NCBI GenBank assembly: GCA_041600755.1
Contig: JBFIJL010000001.1
Coordinates: 1-54,797 of the forward strand
Reading direction: 5' to 3'
From: Candidatus Saccharimonadales bacterium
Lineage (GTDB): Bacteria; Patescibacteriota; Saccharimonadia; Saccharimonadales; JAXHNE01
Length of the DNA stretch: 54,797 nt
Shown: positions 26,118 through 36,077 of the stretch, piece by piece
Layout: each line of letters starts with the position of its first letter
How positions within the stretch are numbered: the first letter of the stretch is position 1
Made by a program: the position numbers and the translations under genes
Notes under the pieces: generated by a model
The model's input: only the letters and a program-made list of their open reading frames with translations
Told to the model about the DNA's origin: nothing
The model's database searches: none

Positions 26118-27152
26118 CTACTGACAGAGGATGGTGCAATGCTCACGAGTGAGTGCTTCGTGCTCTTCGTTGGTCCGCGAGAAATACGTCACACCATCGT
26201 CGCCTGCTACAAAAAATAGAAAGTCTGTGTCTGAAGGATTTGCGACCGCTTGAAGTGACGACAAGGAAACATTACTGATTGGACCAGGAGGGAATCCAGT
26301 GTAGAGCCTAGTGTTGTAAGGCGAGTCATAAAATACGTTATCTGTGTCTGAAGATCCATCAACAATCGCTCCGTAAAACGCCGTCACATCAGAACCGAGC
26401 ATCATGCCAACATCTCGTCGCTTCATGAACACCTGGGCAACAGTTGGCTTGTCGTCTGGATCACTCACCTCTTGCTCGACAATAGACGCAATGATTATTG
26501 CCTCGTGCAACGTGTACCCTTGCTTATTGATGGCCGAGCGCAACTGCGGTGTGAGCTGGGATTGCAGCTCGTCTAGCGACACTTTCACGATATCTGTGGC
26601 AGTGGTAGCTGCTGTACGCTGAAAGGTTTCTGGGTACAAATAGCCCTCTAGGCTGGCTTCTAATGGCTTGTCGACAAGCGCAGGGTGTCCTGTATAGGTT
26701 TGTGGATCAAGGGCTACTTCGACGCTCTCAGGCGTAAATCCAGCGTTAATAAAGCTTTCTTTTATCTGATCTATTCGTTGACCAGGTAGAATTGTAAAAA
26801 GCTCGGTGGCGATTTGCCCTTTAGTTAGCACTTCTACAACCTCAACTACCCCCATGTTTGGTCGCAACGAATACGTACCGGCCTTCAGAGAATCATTGTA
26901 GTCATTGTTGCGAATATACCATTCGAACGCCCAGGCTTTCTTGACAACTCCTGAGGATTCTAGCAACTTTGCGATTTCAGCAGTTGTTGAGCCTAGTGGT
27001 ATCTCAACCAGTTTGCTGGTTTCGGAGGTACTTACGGGCCCTAGGTTTGTTTGATATACGTTGCGTATCACTAACAGCCCTGCTGCCAAGAATACTCCCA
27101 GAATTGCAAGAATTATTAAAAGTATCTTTATAGATTTTGAAATTTTTTTCAT
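26118..27152 (-). CDS. mltG: Endolytic transglycosylase MltG
   Basis: N-terminal TM, LEGYLYPETF, ASIVEQE, SPYNT....G.PPGPI, FLFFV. Confidence 0.95.
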   Translation of the reverse strand: MKKISKSIKILLIILAILGVFLAAGLLVIRNVYQTNLGPVSTSETSKLVEIPLGSTTAEIAKLLESSGVVKKAWAFEWYIRNNDYNDSLKAGTYSLRPNMGVVEVVEVLTKGQIATELFTILPGQRIDQIKESFINAGFTPESVEVALDPQTYTGHPALVDKPLEASLEGYLYPETFQRTAATTATDIVKVSLDELQSQLTPQLRSAINKQGYTLHEAIIIASIVEQEVSDPDDKPTVAQVFMKRRDVGMMLGSDVTAFYGAIVDGSSDTDNVFYDSPYNTRLYTGFPPGPISNVSLSSLQAVANPSDTDFLFFVAGDDGVTYFSRTNEEHEALTREHCTILCQ

Positions 27153-27562
27153 GCTGATGTTAGTCCTTTTTCGCGTAAGTAATCCGTCAATATATAAGTG
27201 GCAGCCAGGGCATCGATATCGCCTTTACTATATGCACTGCCCCTGTCGGCTAGCTCTTTCTTTGCACGCTGCGACGACAAAGCTTCGTCACAATATTCAA
27301 CACCAATCTTGTCATTTATTTTAATTTTTGAAACAAATGCCTTGGTGAAATTTGTCTGTTCGGTCGGCTGATCATTACGATTTAGCGGTAGACCAACCAC
27401 TACTGTACCGACTGACTCTTGCATGAGCAATTTTTCTATCTCTGTCGGAGCCGTCTCGGTATCGAGTGTTATAAGCGGACGCGGCAAAAGTGCAATTTCG
27501 TGTGCAAATGCTACACCCACGCGCTTTTCACCAACATCCAGACATAAAAAGTTTTTATTCAT
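27149..27562 (-). CDS. ruvX: Holliday-junction-resolvase-like RuvX/YqgF
   Basis: LCLDVGEKRVGVA, VVGLP, DEALSS, IDALAATYIL; start ATG 27562; ATGA overlap with mltG. Confidence 0.93.
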   Translation of the reverse strand: MNKNFLCLDVGEKRVGVAFAHEIALLPRPLITLDTETAPTEIEKLLMQESVGTVVVGLPLNRNDQPTEQTNFTKAFVSKIKINDKIGVEYCDEALSSQRAKKELADRGSAYSKGDIDALAATYILTDYLREKGLTSA

Positions 27563-29174
27563 CCTGGTCAATATTCTCAACTGTAATCCGTACCTTATTT
27601 GCATCTTTTGGCGTCGTGTTGACCCAAAATGGACTGTACTCAATATCTGTATCTACGACACCTGGTTTTGCAGAAAGAGAAGCTTCGCTTTCACGGTAGT
27701 TTTTGCCTAAGATTTCTTGTGCTAGCGTATCAACATTCAATTGTGGACCGATAGTGATCTGCGTATCAACACTAACGTCATAGACTCCAGGTGACTTTTC
27801 GGTAAGCCTTACCGTTGCACCGTCCAGTCCGCTATCAGATACGGTCTGAGCAGAATCATCAATATCTTCCCTGGACTTATCTTTAATGTAAGTATCTAGC
27901 TCATCACGATTCACACCCACCAGAGTAAAGGTATTCTTGCCGGCAACCGTAACTTGATCAGCTTCAGTATTTGGTTGCTGATTAGCGGTCACCGGTGCAC
28001 TATCAACCTTATAGGAAGATTCAAATGGAATATAGCCTTGAGTTTTTAGCTTGGCGCTCAACGCTTCTTGGGTTCCTTCAGCTACACGAGCTTTTAGGGC
28101 TTCGGTTGCGCGATCGATATCTGCCTGACTGACCACCTTCTTGATGTCATCTGTTCCGCCCTTCATATCTCCACCATAAGCTGTAATGCCCGCAATTGAT
28201 GAATTGTAGGCGCCTTCGCTAATGTTGTAAGACGTGCCACCTTCTATTGCCTGAACATCAACATTCTTCTGTGAGCCGCCACTAGCCTTACATTCTCCCT
28301 GAAAGTTGAACGAAGCTTCGTTCAAAGTAACGGCTTCGGTTGTCACGAATGTTTTGCCGTCTTTTGTGAAAGATGCACCTTTTGGCACGGTGTGATCGTT
28401 ATCGTCTTTAATGCAGTTGGTGAGCGCCATGGTTCCGTCGGCAACTTTACCCACATTCTTTTCACCGGTTGCTGACACAGTTTCAGTGTCGGCCTTCTCG
28501 ATTGTCTCTTGAAGCGCAGTCACACCTTCAGTCTCCTCTGGCAATGTTAAAAACGCAGGAACGGAAAGACTTTTTGATGCTGTCTTCGTATCTGTCTTGA
28601 TCACGATCGTAGCTTTTGGTAGTACTTTGGCTGCAAATACCCAACCAACAATCAGCAGCACTAGCAATGTCCCTGCTAACACTAACTTCAGGCGAAATTT
28701 ATTAAAATCAGGAATCTTAAATTTTTTGCCTTTTTTTGCCTTTTTTGCTGCCGCCTTCTTGGGTTCATCAGTAACTTCAGCAATCTCGGCAGTCTCCACT
28801 TCGTCCCCCGCTAATGCGCCTATGGGTGCATGTTTGTCTAATTCGATATCTTCGCCCAACTCTTCTTGCGCCTCATCAACATCTGGGAGCTTTGGGATTA
28901 CCGGTTTTGACTGTAGGGTTTTCGCAACGTGCACACCAGCAATTCCAGCAAGCGGCAGAATACCAGCCTCGCTGGTTATGAGTACTATCTTCTTCTTAGC
29001 TTCGTCAGTTGAGCGCTTCAAAAGTTTCATATTCACGACCGACTGAAGTACTGCAGCTCGCTTTGGCAACACAAGTGCGACAATCTTATCTTTGCTCGAG
29101 ATAACCTTATCAATAATTGTCGTGATCTCATCGTCAATATCTATATAAATCGTGGCTTTTTTAGCAGAACTCAT
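27555..29174 (-). CDS. Single-pass membrane protein with cytoplasmic alpha/beta N-domain and extracellular baseplate-J-like region
   Basis: IYIDIDDEITTII..LVLPKR..LQS.VN.KLLK N-domain; acidic/basic linker; TM at about 164-181; VDVQAIEGG.SYNI pattern. Confidence 0.7.
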   Translation of the reverse strand: MSSAKKATIYIDIDDEITTIIDKVISSKDKIVALVLPKRAAVLQSVVNMKLLKRSTDEAKKKIVLITSEAGILPLAGIAGVHVAKTLQSKPVIPKLPDVDEAQEELGEDIELDKHAPIGALAGDEVETAEIAEVTDEPKKAAAKKAKKGKKFKIPDFNKFRLKLVLAGTLLVLLIVGWVFAAKVLPKATIVIKTDTKTASKSLSVPAFLTLPEETEGVTALQETIEKADTETVSATGEKNVGKVADGTMALTNCIKDDNDHTVPKGASFTKDGKTFVTTEAVTLNEASFNFQGECKASGGSQKNVDVQAIEGGTSYNISEGAYNSSIAGITAYGGDMKGGTDDIKKVVSQADIDRATEALKARVAEGTQEALSAKLKTQGYIPFESSYKVDSAPVTANQQPNTEADQVTVAGKNTFTLVGVNRDELDTYIKDKSREDIDDSAQTVSDSGLDGATVRLTEKSPGVYDVSVDTQITIGPQLNVDTLAQEILGKNYRESEASLSAKPGVVDTDIEYSPFWVNTTPKDANKVRITVENIDQDE

Positions 29175-30484
29175 ACTCTTAGCATCCTATCAATTTTTTC
29201 TCGGATCGAACCAGCCGGTCGACCACTCTCTTGATTGAGTGTATCAGCTCCCACTCGCAAAAGCCCCATTGCCGTAATAAATGTATGGTCGTGAACTCTG
29301 TCGGTCATGTCATCAATTCCGATAACTTGATTAGGCACAATCCTCTTAACTATTGGACTCCGGGTAAATGGCAGTGATTTATGCCAGCTACCTTTCTCTA
29401 GTTCCTCAAGAACCATATCTAAACTTGACCCGCCACCACACAGAAAAATTTGATGTGGCATGGAGTCAAGGCGAGTAAAGTCTGCTAGGGCAAGCTCTAC
29501 GCCGCTTCGCCACACAGATAAAGTCTTTTTTAATGCCTTTTCCACAGTTGCCTTTTGATTACCGCTAAGGCTGTTGTCGGCGTAAGCTAACTTAAGTTTT
29601 TCGGCTCTGTCATATGCACCTTCGGTTTCACGCTCAATAGATTTTGTATAGGCGCGCCCTCCGATACCGAACATCTTAGTTCCCTGGACGCCACCTTCAT
29701 TGACGACTGCAATATCTGTTGTACCGCCACCAATGTCCATGAGTATTGCACTCATGCTGGCATTTGGGTCATTTCCAATAATGGCCCGCGCAACAGCAAA
29801 TGGTTCAGCTGCCACAGCCAAAAGATCAAGGTCAAGCTCTTGGGCAGTCTTTTCAAGAGCGCCAATGTGAATTAGCGGAGCGAATGCTGTGTAGAGCTGC
29901 ACGACAACTTCTTTGCCCTGAAAACCAACTGGGTTGGTAACCGTATAGCCATCGATATCAATATTAACGAGTGCGCTGTTGACTAGTCGAATCTCGACTG
30001 ATTTTCCGCCAGTCTCAAAAGCCAATTCTTTTCGAGCTTTTACTTCAGCGCGCTCCTGAACAATAGTAATAATCCGCTCGACTTCAGCAATATCAAGTGG
30101 TCGCTTTGGGTTCTGGCGAGTGCAGCGAACAGTGGTAGTTGTGCCCTTTACGAGCTCACCTGCAATACCAATCACAGCGGTTCGGGGCGTGATACCAGCC
30201 TCTTTCTCGGCTTCAGCCAGTGCTTTATCACAATTGCTCACCACACCAGCAATATCAGCGATTGCGCCAGCTTGCATGTCGGATAGCGACTGGTGCGCTC
30301 GACCAACACCAACGATCTCAAGATCATCGCCTACGACCCGTGCTATCAGAGCTTTTACGTTTTCGGTTCCAATATCAAGCCCAACAATGTACTGATCCTC
30401 GGGTTTTTTTCCGGATTGCAGCTTACTTTTTAGTGTCTTTATCTGGTCTAATTTTTTGAGCATAATCAGTATAGATTGTAGCAC
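29171..30484 (-). CDS. FtsA-like actin-fold ATPase (divergent paralog)
   Basis: VGLDIGTENVK, EPFAVA, MDIGGGTTD, LCGGGSSL; not in a dcw/ftsZ context. Confidence 0.85.
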   Translation of the reverse strand: MLQSILIMLKKLDQIKTLKSKLQSGKKPEDQYIVGLDIGTENVKALIARVVGDDLEIVGVGRAHQSLSDMQAGAIADIAGVVSNCDKALAEAEKEAGITPRTAVIGIAGELVKGTTTTVRCTRQNPKRPLDIAEVERIITIVQERAEVKARKELAFETGGKSVEIRLVNSALVNIDIDGYTVTNPVGFQGKEVVVQLYTAFAPLIHIGALEKTAQELDLDLLAVAAEPFAVARAIIGNDPNASMSAILMDIGGGTTDIAVVNEGGVQGTKMFGIGGRAYTKSIERETEGAYDRAEKLKLAYADNSLSGNQKATVEKALKKTLSVWRSGVELALADFTRLDSMPHQIFLCGGGSSLDMVLEELEKGSWHKSLPFTRSPIVKRIVPNQVIGIDDMTDRVHDHTFITAMGLLRVGADTLNQESGRPAGSIREKIDRMLRV

Positions 30485-30495
30485 ATATACCGCTG

Positions 30496-30924
30496 TTAGC
30501 CGATAGTGTTGTCATCGTACTTTATTCGCACAATTGCAACTTTTCCAAGTTCGGCAACAACCAGCCGAGGTGGCACGCAACATTCAATACGCTTATCTGC
30601 AAACAGCGCGTCCCCGCCAAGGGTAAACTGCGAGTCCTGAGCGGCCGAAACTACATCGATACTGCTAATAAGTATTCTCTTCGACAGCAATCCTAGCTGT
30701 TTATGCCTAGATGATGCGTGGAAGTTGAACTCGAGCGACCTTCCCTCAGCCTGGCCTTCAAGAATTAAATATCCTGGCCTGTGCAACTCTTCATTTTCGG
30801 CCTCCCATCTATCCATGAATACCGTGCTCAACAATGGAGCCTCGGCGCCGATGATGGCCGGCACTTCCTGTGCTGGAGGGATTGAAATGGTCTCGCCAAT
30901 TAGTTTTGTATCTGAAATCGACAT
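30496..30924 (-). CDS. Hypothetical protein
   Basis: 142-aa ORF between alaS and the ftsA-like gene; TATAGT box 10 nt upstream. Confidence 0.5.
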   Translation of the reverse strand: MSISDTKLIGETISIPPAQEVPAIIGAEAPLLSTVFMDRWEAENEELHRPGYLILEGQAEGRSLEFNFHASSRHKQLGLLSKRILISSIDVVSAAQDSQFTLGGDALFADKRIECCVPPRLVVAELGKVAIVRIKYDDNTIG

Positions 30925-30954
30925 AATGACGTCGACTATAACACTTCTAATTTC

Positions 30955-32919
30955 CTAAATCAAAACAGCTTTTATGCGTCGAATGCCAGCGCTGCTGCTT
31001 TGTTCTTTTTGTATCTTGAATTTCTTGCCGTCCTCAACTAGCTGATGAGTGTGGTCAACATGCGGACCACCACAGATTTCAAAGCTAAACGGCTTATCTG
31101 CATCATCGGCAATCATCTTGTACACCTTTACCGTGTCGCCGTATCGGTCACCAAACTGACCAAGCGCCCCCAGCGGTCCGGTTGCCTCCGCCGTTGGATA
31201 CTCAGCAAAGCTAACTTTCAGATCTCTGCTTATCTGCTCATTTACAATTGCCTCTACTTGTTCGATTTGTTCTGGCGTCATCTTCTCTGGGTGACTGAAG
31301 TCAAATCGAAGTCGCTCTTCGGTGATGTTGCTGCCATGCTGCACAACATGATCGCCTAGAACATCACGTAAAGCCTGGTACATAAGGTGAGTAGCTGTGT
31401 GATACTTTTTGTGCTGCAGGCTTTGCCCGCCAAGGCCGCCCTTGAAAGTTCCTTTCGCGGCAGTCCTTGATCGAAATTTTTGCTCTTCCATTAATTCATT
31501 AAACTTTGACATTGTTTGTTCAGTAACTACAATACCTCTTCTCTCGGCTTCCTCTTGAATCAACTCAATTGGAAATCCGTGTGTATCATAAAGCTTGAAC
31601 ATAGTTTCGCCATGAAGAGTTTTTCTAAATTCGGCTTCATCTCGACGTGAATAATCATGGACTTCTGAGTTGTCGACAATGCCAGTAGATATAGGATTCT
31701 TCATTGCCTTGTCAAACTCGCGGAGCCCTTTTCGGAGAGTTTGCTTGAAGGCCTTTTCTTCCTTGATTAGAACCGCCAATACCGCATCAGTGCTGTCGTT
31801 AACTTCTGGGTAGTCATCTGCAAACATGGCCGCAATTACCGGTACGATTTCAGGTATAAAGTTTTGTTCGATACCCAAGTCAAAAGCTCGTAGTATTGCC
31901 CGACGAAGTAGTCGGCGCATCACATATCCTTCGCGCTTATTGCTAGGTACGGCACCGTCCACCGCCATAAAGAATGCCGCCCTCAGATGATCAGCGATGA
32001 CGCGCATGCTCTCGGTGTGACTTTCGTAATTCTTTTTGCTCAAAGTTTGCAGTTTTTCAATAATTGGCCAAATTACACTAATTCGGAATACGTCAGGAAC
32101 GCCGAGCTTGGCTGAGGCAATTCGCTCCAAACCTGAGCCGTGGTCAATATTCGGCTTTTCTAGGGGCAAAAACTCACTTTCTGATACTTTTTTATAGGCC
32201 ATAAAAACATTATTGCCAATCTCCATAAACCGGCCACAATCACAGTTTGGATGGCACTGCTCACCAAACGAAGGATCATGAGGCGTGCCAAAATCATAAA
32301 ACATTTCGCTATCAGGTCCGCAAGGATCACCAACTGGCGTATGCTCAGGGTCGCCATTGCGACTCCACCAGTTTTTGCTGCCATCGTAATAGAAAATGCG
32401 CTCTCCATCTTTCATGCCGCGCCGATAGCCGTCATCTTCTGAGCCTATGTCAGCCTGTCCAGCGGTAAGGTTTGCTGCACTAAACAATCTTGACCAAATC
32501 TCAGCTGCCTCCGTGTCTCGCTCAATTCCATATTCTGGCGCTCCAATAAAGCAAGTAACGTAAACTTTGGACATATCTAGTTCTACGACGTCGTGCAAGA
32601 ATTCCCACATCCACTCAATTTGCTGCTTTTTGAAATAGTCACCAAAACTCCAGTTTCCGAGCATCTCAAAAAATGTTGTATGTCGATTGTCGCCTATATC
32701 TTCAATATCCTGTGCACGAAGACAGGTTTGACTATCGGCTATTCGTAAGCCTTCGGGGTGTGGTTGACCAAGCAGATACGGAATAATTGGCTGCATACCA
32801 CTGCCAGTAAACAGCGTTGTTGGGTCGTCTTTCAAGACAATCGGTGCTCTGGGCACCAAACTATGTCCACGCTCTTTATAAAAATCTAAGTAAGCTCGTC
32901 GTATTTCCTGTGCATTCAT
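30955..32919 (-). CDS. alaS: Alanyl-tRNA synthetase, short form lacking C-Ala domain
   Basis: LFTGSGMQ, RHTTFFEMLGNWSFGDYFK, GYVMRRLLRRA; editing HTATH and CGGPH; ends AGIRRIKAVLI. Confidence 0.97.
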   Translation of the reverse strand: MNAQEIRRAYLDFYKERGHSLVPRAPIVLKDDPTTLFTGSGMQPIIPYLLGQPHPEGLRIADSQTCLRAQDIEDIGDNRHTTFFEMLGNWSFGDYFKKQQIEWMWEFLHDVVELDMSKVYVTCFIGAPEYGIERDTEAAEIWSRLFSAANLTAGQADIGSEDDGYRRGMKDGERIFYYDGSKNWWSRNGDPEHTPVGDPCGPDSEMFYDFGTPHDPSFGEQCHPNCDCGRFMEIGNNVFMAYKKVSESEFLPLEKPNIDHGSGLERIASAKLGVPDVFRISVIWPIIEKLQTLSKKNYESHTESMRVIADHLRAAFFMAVDGAVPSNKREGYVMRRLLRRAILRAFDLGIEQNFIPEIVPVIAAMFADDYPEVNDSTDAVLAVLIKEEKAFKQTLRKGLREFDKAMKNPISTGIVDNSEVHDYSRRDEAEFRKTLHGETMFKLYDTHGFPIELIQEEAERRGIVVTEQTMSKFNELMEEQKFRSRTAAKGTFKGGLGGQSLQHKKYHTATHLMYQALRDVLGDHVVQHGSNITEERLRFDFSHPEKMTPEQIEQVEAIVNEQISRDLKVSFAEYPTAEATGPLGALGQFGDRYGDTVKVYKMIADDADKPFSFEICGGPHVDHTHQLVEDGKKFKIQKEQSSSAGIRRIKAVLI

Positions 32920-32981
32920 TTGGCCTATTTTAACAGATGAGATGAATCTACTCGAAAAAATTTATTAAGTCTGCCTGAAAG

Positions 32982-34022
32982 CTAAATAACTATGCCGCCG
33001 CCCAACACCTCGTTATTGTCATAAACAACAATTGATTGTCCGGGAGTTATGGCACGCAACTTGTCTTTAAAAATTACATTCCATTTGGACTCCTCGAATA
33101 AGAGTGTCGCCGCCTCAAGCTTTGCACGGTGCCTAGTTCGCACTTGATATGTGTTGCCAGACACGGGCTCGCTGGTAATCCAATGTACATCTACAAGCTT
33201 TGTACTTTCGGTCCAAAGATTATTGCTAGTTATGTCGCGTGTCACATAGACCTCATTCTTGTCCATGTCTTTTCCGGTGACGTAACAAGGTAAACCGCCA
33301 CCAATTCCCAGACCCTTTCGCTGACCAATGGTATAAAATATTGCGCCGTCATGCTGGCCAATAGTTCGGCCTAGATCGTCAATAATGTTTCCTGGTTTTG
33401 TTGTTACGTACTGCGACAAAAACTCGCGAATGCCGACCTTACCCACAAAGCAAATACCTTGGCTGTCCTTCTTGGTGGCAGTTGCTAGTCCTAGTCGTTT
33501 TGCTTCCTTGCGAACATCTTCCTTGCTGGCGAATTCTCCAAGCGGAAATAGAGTTTTCTGTAGAGCTTCATGTGTTACTCGGTAAAGAAAATAGGTTTGA
33601 TCTTTGTTGTCATCTGCAGCTCGTAGCAGCCTGCCATCAATTGTCTTGGCATAGTGTCCAGTAGCAATCATATCGGCACCATCATCGAGCGCAGCTGCCA
33701 GGAAAAGCTTAAATTTAACCTCTTGATTGCACATAATATCCGGATTTGGCGTTCGTCCCGCTCGATATTCATCCAACATGTAATCGACGACTTTTTGAGC
33801 ATACTCTTTCTGAAAATCATACACCTTAAACGGAATGTCTAGCTGGACGGCTACTCGCTTTGCATCATTGAAGTCTTCTTTCCAGGGACATGGAAATCCG
33901 GGCAAATCCTGCGTCCAATTCTTCATGAACACACCAGTAACTTCATAGCCCTGCTCTTTTAATAGTGCAGCCGTTACCGAACTATCAACGCCGCCACTCA
34001 TGCCAACATAAACTTTTTTCAT
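32982..34022 (-). CDS. mnmA: tRNA-specific 2-thiouridylase
   Basis: GMSGGVDSS, PNPDIMCN, ATGHYA, KDQTYFL, KKDSQGICF, TPGQS. Confidence 0.98.
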   Translation of the reverse strand: MKKVYVGMSGGVDSSVTAALLKEQGYEVTGVFMKNWTQDLPGFPCPWKEDFNDAKRVAVQLDIPFKVYDFQKEYAQKVVDYMLDEYRAGRTPNPDIMCNQEVKFKLFLAAALDDGADMIATGHYAKTIDGRLLRAADDNKDQTYFLYRVTHEALQKTLFPLGEFASKEDVRKEAKRLGLATATKKDSQGICFVGKVGIREFLSQYVTTKPGNIIDDLGRTIGQHDGAIFYTIGQRKGLGIGGGLPCYVTGKDMDKNEVYVTRDITSNNLWTESTKLVDVHWITSEPVSGNTYQVRTRHRAKLEAATLLFEESKWNVIFKDKLRAITPGQSIVVYDNNEVLGGGIVI

Positions 34023-34055
34023 AATCACCTCAGTATACAAGATGTATCGATAAAC

Positions 34056-34949
34056 CTAGAATGGGCGTTCACCACGAGCAATGCGAGTCTTGATTGACTT
34101 GATCTGGTATTTTTTACCAAGCCAAAAAGTCGACACAATAAAAGGAACTAGTATTGCCGCTGGCTGCCATAAAATCTCTACCTGCTTTTCGCTTGATTCG
34201 TTCGATCCTGAACTACTATTAGTAGCTTCCGATTGCGACAAAGGACCATTAGCCACACCAACAAGCTGCAGATATGCAACCCCTCCATTGGCGTCAACTG
34301 CCTTGACCACAATGTTATAAACACCTGGGCTGTCATAAACATGATCAATGTCGAATGCGCCAGGAAATTCCCTACTTTGTAGCTCCAGCACAGTTCCGTC
34401 GCCCCAATCAACACTGACTGCGTACGGTCCATTACCGCCACTGAGTATTATTGGCCAACTCAACGTCTGGCCAGGATTAGCACCACGTTTCGCAAAATTA
34501 CTAGTCAAGCTAACGCGATTCTGGGCACCTTGGCGCGGGTCAGTATAGGTCACCGTCACAAGATTTGAATCTGGACCTGGTTGATCTAAGTCATCATATA
34601 CGCGGGCTACAAGCTCGTTTTGCCCACTAAATAGATCAATAATAATGGCGTACGAACCATTTGTGCACTGCGTCGAGCCTGCAAATACATTATTTTTAAA
34701 CAACTTAACGAGTAAGCCTGTTGGACAGATACCCTGCACTGTAATCGGCAAAGCTGTGAACGTGGCGCCATTACCAGGGACTGAAATTGTCGCTCCTGTT
34801 GTTGGTGGCGGTGAACTAATTCTCCCCTCTACACCAATCGAGCCAGACTCCTCAGCAGCAAACACGGTGGGCCTTGTTCCAGTGCCTCCAATAAGCAGAA
34901 CAAACAATCCCACTGCTAGTAAAGCTGATCTCATTTTGACTGTATACAT
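34056..34949 (-). CDS. Surface protein: signal peptide, Ig-like and PKD-like domains, C-terminal TM
   Basis: TISVPGNG.TF, SVDWGDGT, HVYDSPGVYNIVVKAVD (PKD-like); Ser-rich linker then TM and basic tail. Confidence 0.75.
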   Translation of the reverse strand: MYTVKMRSALLAVGLFVLLIGGTGTRPTVFAAEESGSIGVEGRISSPPPTTGATISVPGNGATFTALPITVQGICPTGLLVKLFKNNVFAGSTQCTNGSYAIIIDLFSGQNELVARVYDDLDQPGPDSNLVTVTYTDPRQGAQNRVSLTSNFAKRGANPGQTLSWPIILSGGNGPYAVSVDWGDGTVLELQSREFPGAFDIDHVYDSPGVYNIVVKAVDANGGVAYLQLVGVANGPLSQSEATNSSSGSNESSEKQVEILWQPAAILVPFIVSTFWLGKKYQIKSIKTRIARGERPF

Positions 34950-35024
34950 ATCTTAAATAGTACCATAAGCAATTTGACTCACAGTCCCACCAACCTTTTC
35001 AAATTATATGCTCTTCAATTGGTG

Positions 35025-36011
35025 TTACTTGCGGCGCTTGAAAGAGCCGGTTGCGACCTTGCGTCGAACTGCAAAACCACCATACGTCAGAAGTGCAACG
35101 ACAACCAATAGTACGCCAATGAACCAGTATGGCAAGTACCAGAAGGTTTTCTTGATCGTAAGTATTTGCCCACCGTTTCCATAACTAATGTCGCCAGTTG
35201 CAACATAACGTCCTGGAATTGTTACGCCCGATATATCGTCACGAAAGATACGTGTACTATTTGGCAAGATGTTGCCTCGTGGATTGATGTCGTTTACTTC
35301 GTACTGCTGAGTTAGCTTGCCAAATGGATTAGTGACTGAGACTTTACCGAATGGACGAACAAATCCATTGCCCTGGTTTCTGATCTGTACACCAATCTGT
35401 TCAGGCTTTGCCGTGAAGAACGATCCAGCAACTTCGCCTTTATAAAAAAGAACATTCTGAACTTGAACTTGTTCGGTTACATTTCCCGGAATCTCTATAA
35501 GCACGATTGAACCAACACTTGCCGTAAGTGCAACTTGGTCATCGCCAGAATCAGTAACACCTTTTGGTGCAGCTAGGAAGCGCAACAGCCCGTAATAACC
35601 GCCGGCTGAGGTTCCAGTTGGAATCTCCACTCGAAATTCTCTAGTAACTGATTCTCCGGCTTCGATGTCAAAAGCTTCAAGCTGTCTAAAGAACGGTCGG
35701 ATTGAAGGCAAATCATCACGACTTTCATCAACAACGATCTTAGGCGTGCCAGTGTCATCATCAGAAACGAAATCATTAATTACTGGAGTAGCGGTAATCG
35801 CGTCAGTGGTCACGTTCTTGACTGTTATAGTAACGACATCTGTCGATCCTGCTTCAGGATTCAATAAGAAACGTGTTGGCGAAATACTCAATCCACTACC
35901 ACCATTTGCAGGAGGGGCTTGGCTTTCCTGGGCTTTGACGATTCCCGCCGTAAGCGCACCGCCGACAACCAGCACAATCGCAACTCTACTCAAACTCTTA
36001 AAAAATTTCAT
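35025..36011 (-). CDS. DUF916/DUF3324-like (WxL-interacting / chaperone-like) surface protein
   Basis: GLSISPT.F, ITVKN, V.IP......GGYYG, IRNQGN, NILPNSTR.F, GRY, C-terminal TM plus basic tail. Confidence 0.7.
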   Translation of the reverse strand: MKFFKSLSRVAIVLVVGGALTAGIVKAQESQAPPANGGSGLSISPTRFLLNPEAGSTDVVTITVKNVTTDAITATPVINDFVSDDDTGTPKIVVDESRDDLPSIRPFFRQLEAFDIEAGESVTREFRVEIPTGTSAGGYYGLLRFLAAPKGVTDSGDDQVALTASVGSIVLIEIPGNVTEQVQVQNVLFYKGEVAGSFFTAKPEQIGVQIRNQGNGFVRPFGKVSVTNPFGKLTQQYEVNDINPRGNILPNSTRIFRDDISGVTIPGRYVATGDISYGNGGQILTIKKTFWYLPYWFIGVLLVVVALLTYGGFAVRRKVATGSFKRRK

Positions 36012-36077
36012 CCTCGTTGACTCCCTCTTTTTAAAACGTTAATGATAATTGTAGACATAAGTGAGTATTGAGGCAAA

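Noticed and set aside
27555-29174. Contractile injection system or prophage baseplate
   Set aside because: No sheath, tube, spike or other baseplate genes; the protein has a TM and sits in a housekeeping operon.
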